DNA of 64,000 nucleotides from Hydrolagus colliei (taxonomy: Eukaryota). The notes beneath the pieces were generated by a model that was given only the letters and a program-made list of their open reading frames with translations, ran no database searches and was not told where the DNA came from. The position numbers and the translations under genes are program-made. The stretch spans positions 5,890,001 to 5,954,000 of the forward strand of contig CM068756.1 in assembly GCA_035084275.1 (NCBI GenBank), read 5' to 3'. How positions within the stretch are numbered: position 1 is the stretch's first letter; the number at the start of each line of letters is the position of its first letter. Shown here one piece after another: positions 62,863 through 64,000 of this stretch.

Positions 62863-64000
62863 CTGCAAAGTATAGTTGTTAATGTCTTTAGCCACATTGC
62901 AGGCCACATTTTAGTTCCGGTCAGGAGTTACGTTCTGAAAATATCTGCACTAGTTGGTCTTTTCATCTTAATTGCTCTTTGCAGTCGGCAACCGTTGGAA
63001 AAACCTTTACATGTTTGATTTTGTTATTGGCCACGGTGTGCGACAGCTCTATGCCCTGATCATTAATGGTGCATCAAAACAATACCTTTGGCAATGTCCT
63101 AATGCATTACTGTTGCCTTGTTCAGTTAAAACTTCATAGAAAAAATTGTAACAGAACAGAAAATGTTACCGTCTTGATTTCTGAGAGGGAAGGTCTGACG
63201 TTACCCGCTTTGTTTGCATTACTGGTATTTGCAGTGATTAATCAAGGTCTCCTTTTTACATTGTACATTCTGCTAGTTTAAATTAGATAATATCATTTTA
63301 GTGGCACACTCGTTTTTTTTGTCAAAAATTCTGCAAATCAGGAGAATGTCTTCCCCTGGCTGGTTTGCCAGGGAAAAGCAGAGATTTGTTTAATTCAAAT
63401 GAGGCAATACAGTTTTGTTGAACTAATTACACAATGAGATTGGTCTTTTACCGTCAATGATTTTACATTCAGCAAAGCTACGAGTGCTGTGCTATCGCCG
63501 CTAATGGTGGAAAATAAAATCCAAACAGGAGTGTGAAAAATAGGCAATATAAACAGTATACATTTTCATATACCTCGGCCTCTCCTGGGTTTTCAACAGC
63601 ATTTTATAAATTTATTCAAAGAAAATTACTGCAGCATGAAACATCAAATCTTTTCCAAAAACTTGGCAATCTTGTTATTGTCATATTTTCCAAAAGCTTT
63701 TTTTTCGAAACCCATTTCTGACATCTGCAGGCATGCATGCATTTCACTGTTTTGACAGAGTGAAAGTCTGATTAAAATGATGCACACTTAAATGTCAGTG
63801 GGTCGAAAGTAACATTCTTCCATAAACCTGTATGTAGCAGTGATTAGTCACTACAGAATTTTTCAACCATCTGTTCTTCCAGAACAGAATTTTTGAAGTA
63901 TAGAAAGATAAACTTGGAGAGAGTATCTGAATCATCAGCAAATGTAGGGGGTCCAAGGGTAAAAGGGCTTCAAATCAATCCATTTATAGGATTTTTTTTA

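Larger units (their letters stand above)
19728..64000 (+). other. Intron 1 of the TSHZ gene (continues beyond the window)
   Basis: Starts at the GT donor at 19728. TSHZ genes have one very long first intron followed by a ~3 kb coding exon, and no such zinc-finger ORF appears in the ORF track. Confidence 0.85.

Noticed and set aside
1018-63721. The short ORFs of the six-frame track as genes
   Set aside because: They are 60-200 aa, low-complexity or microsatellite-derived, overlap on both strands, several span N gaps, and show no recognisable domains. Only the L2 fragment at ~36.5-36.8 kb has protein similarity.

Overview
This is vertebrate genomic DNA, not prokaryotic. The DeuSINE/L2 repeat content suggests a cartilaginous fish such as a chimaera or shark (inference). 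The only supportable protein-coding sequence is a 40-nt first coding exon at 19688-19727 (+), MPRRKQQEPRRSA + G|gt, which is the diagnostic first exon of a Teashirt (TSHZ) zinc-finger/homeobox gene and is missed by the ORF track. TSHZ3 is slightly favoured because no head-to-head ZADH2/PTGR3 gene is visible upstream; TSHZ1 is not excluded. The remainder is ~19.6 kb of upstream sequence and >44 kb of intron 1; the large exon 2 is not in the window. A CpG-retaining promoter domain rich in microsatellites and poly-G/C spans ~11-21 kb, inside an apparently transposon-free zone of ~27 kb. The proximal intron has many blocks dense in Pbx-Hox, Meis/TGIF, TCF and RFX motifs, which are candidate conserved enhancers. 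The flanks carry tRNA-head/Deu-domain SINEs with L2-like tails and one young L2 LINE 3' fragment. There are four assembly gaps. I found no convincing new biological system; the best leads are regulatory: a uORF, an alternative first exon, inverted TALE sites, and a possible divergent lncRNA.
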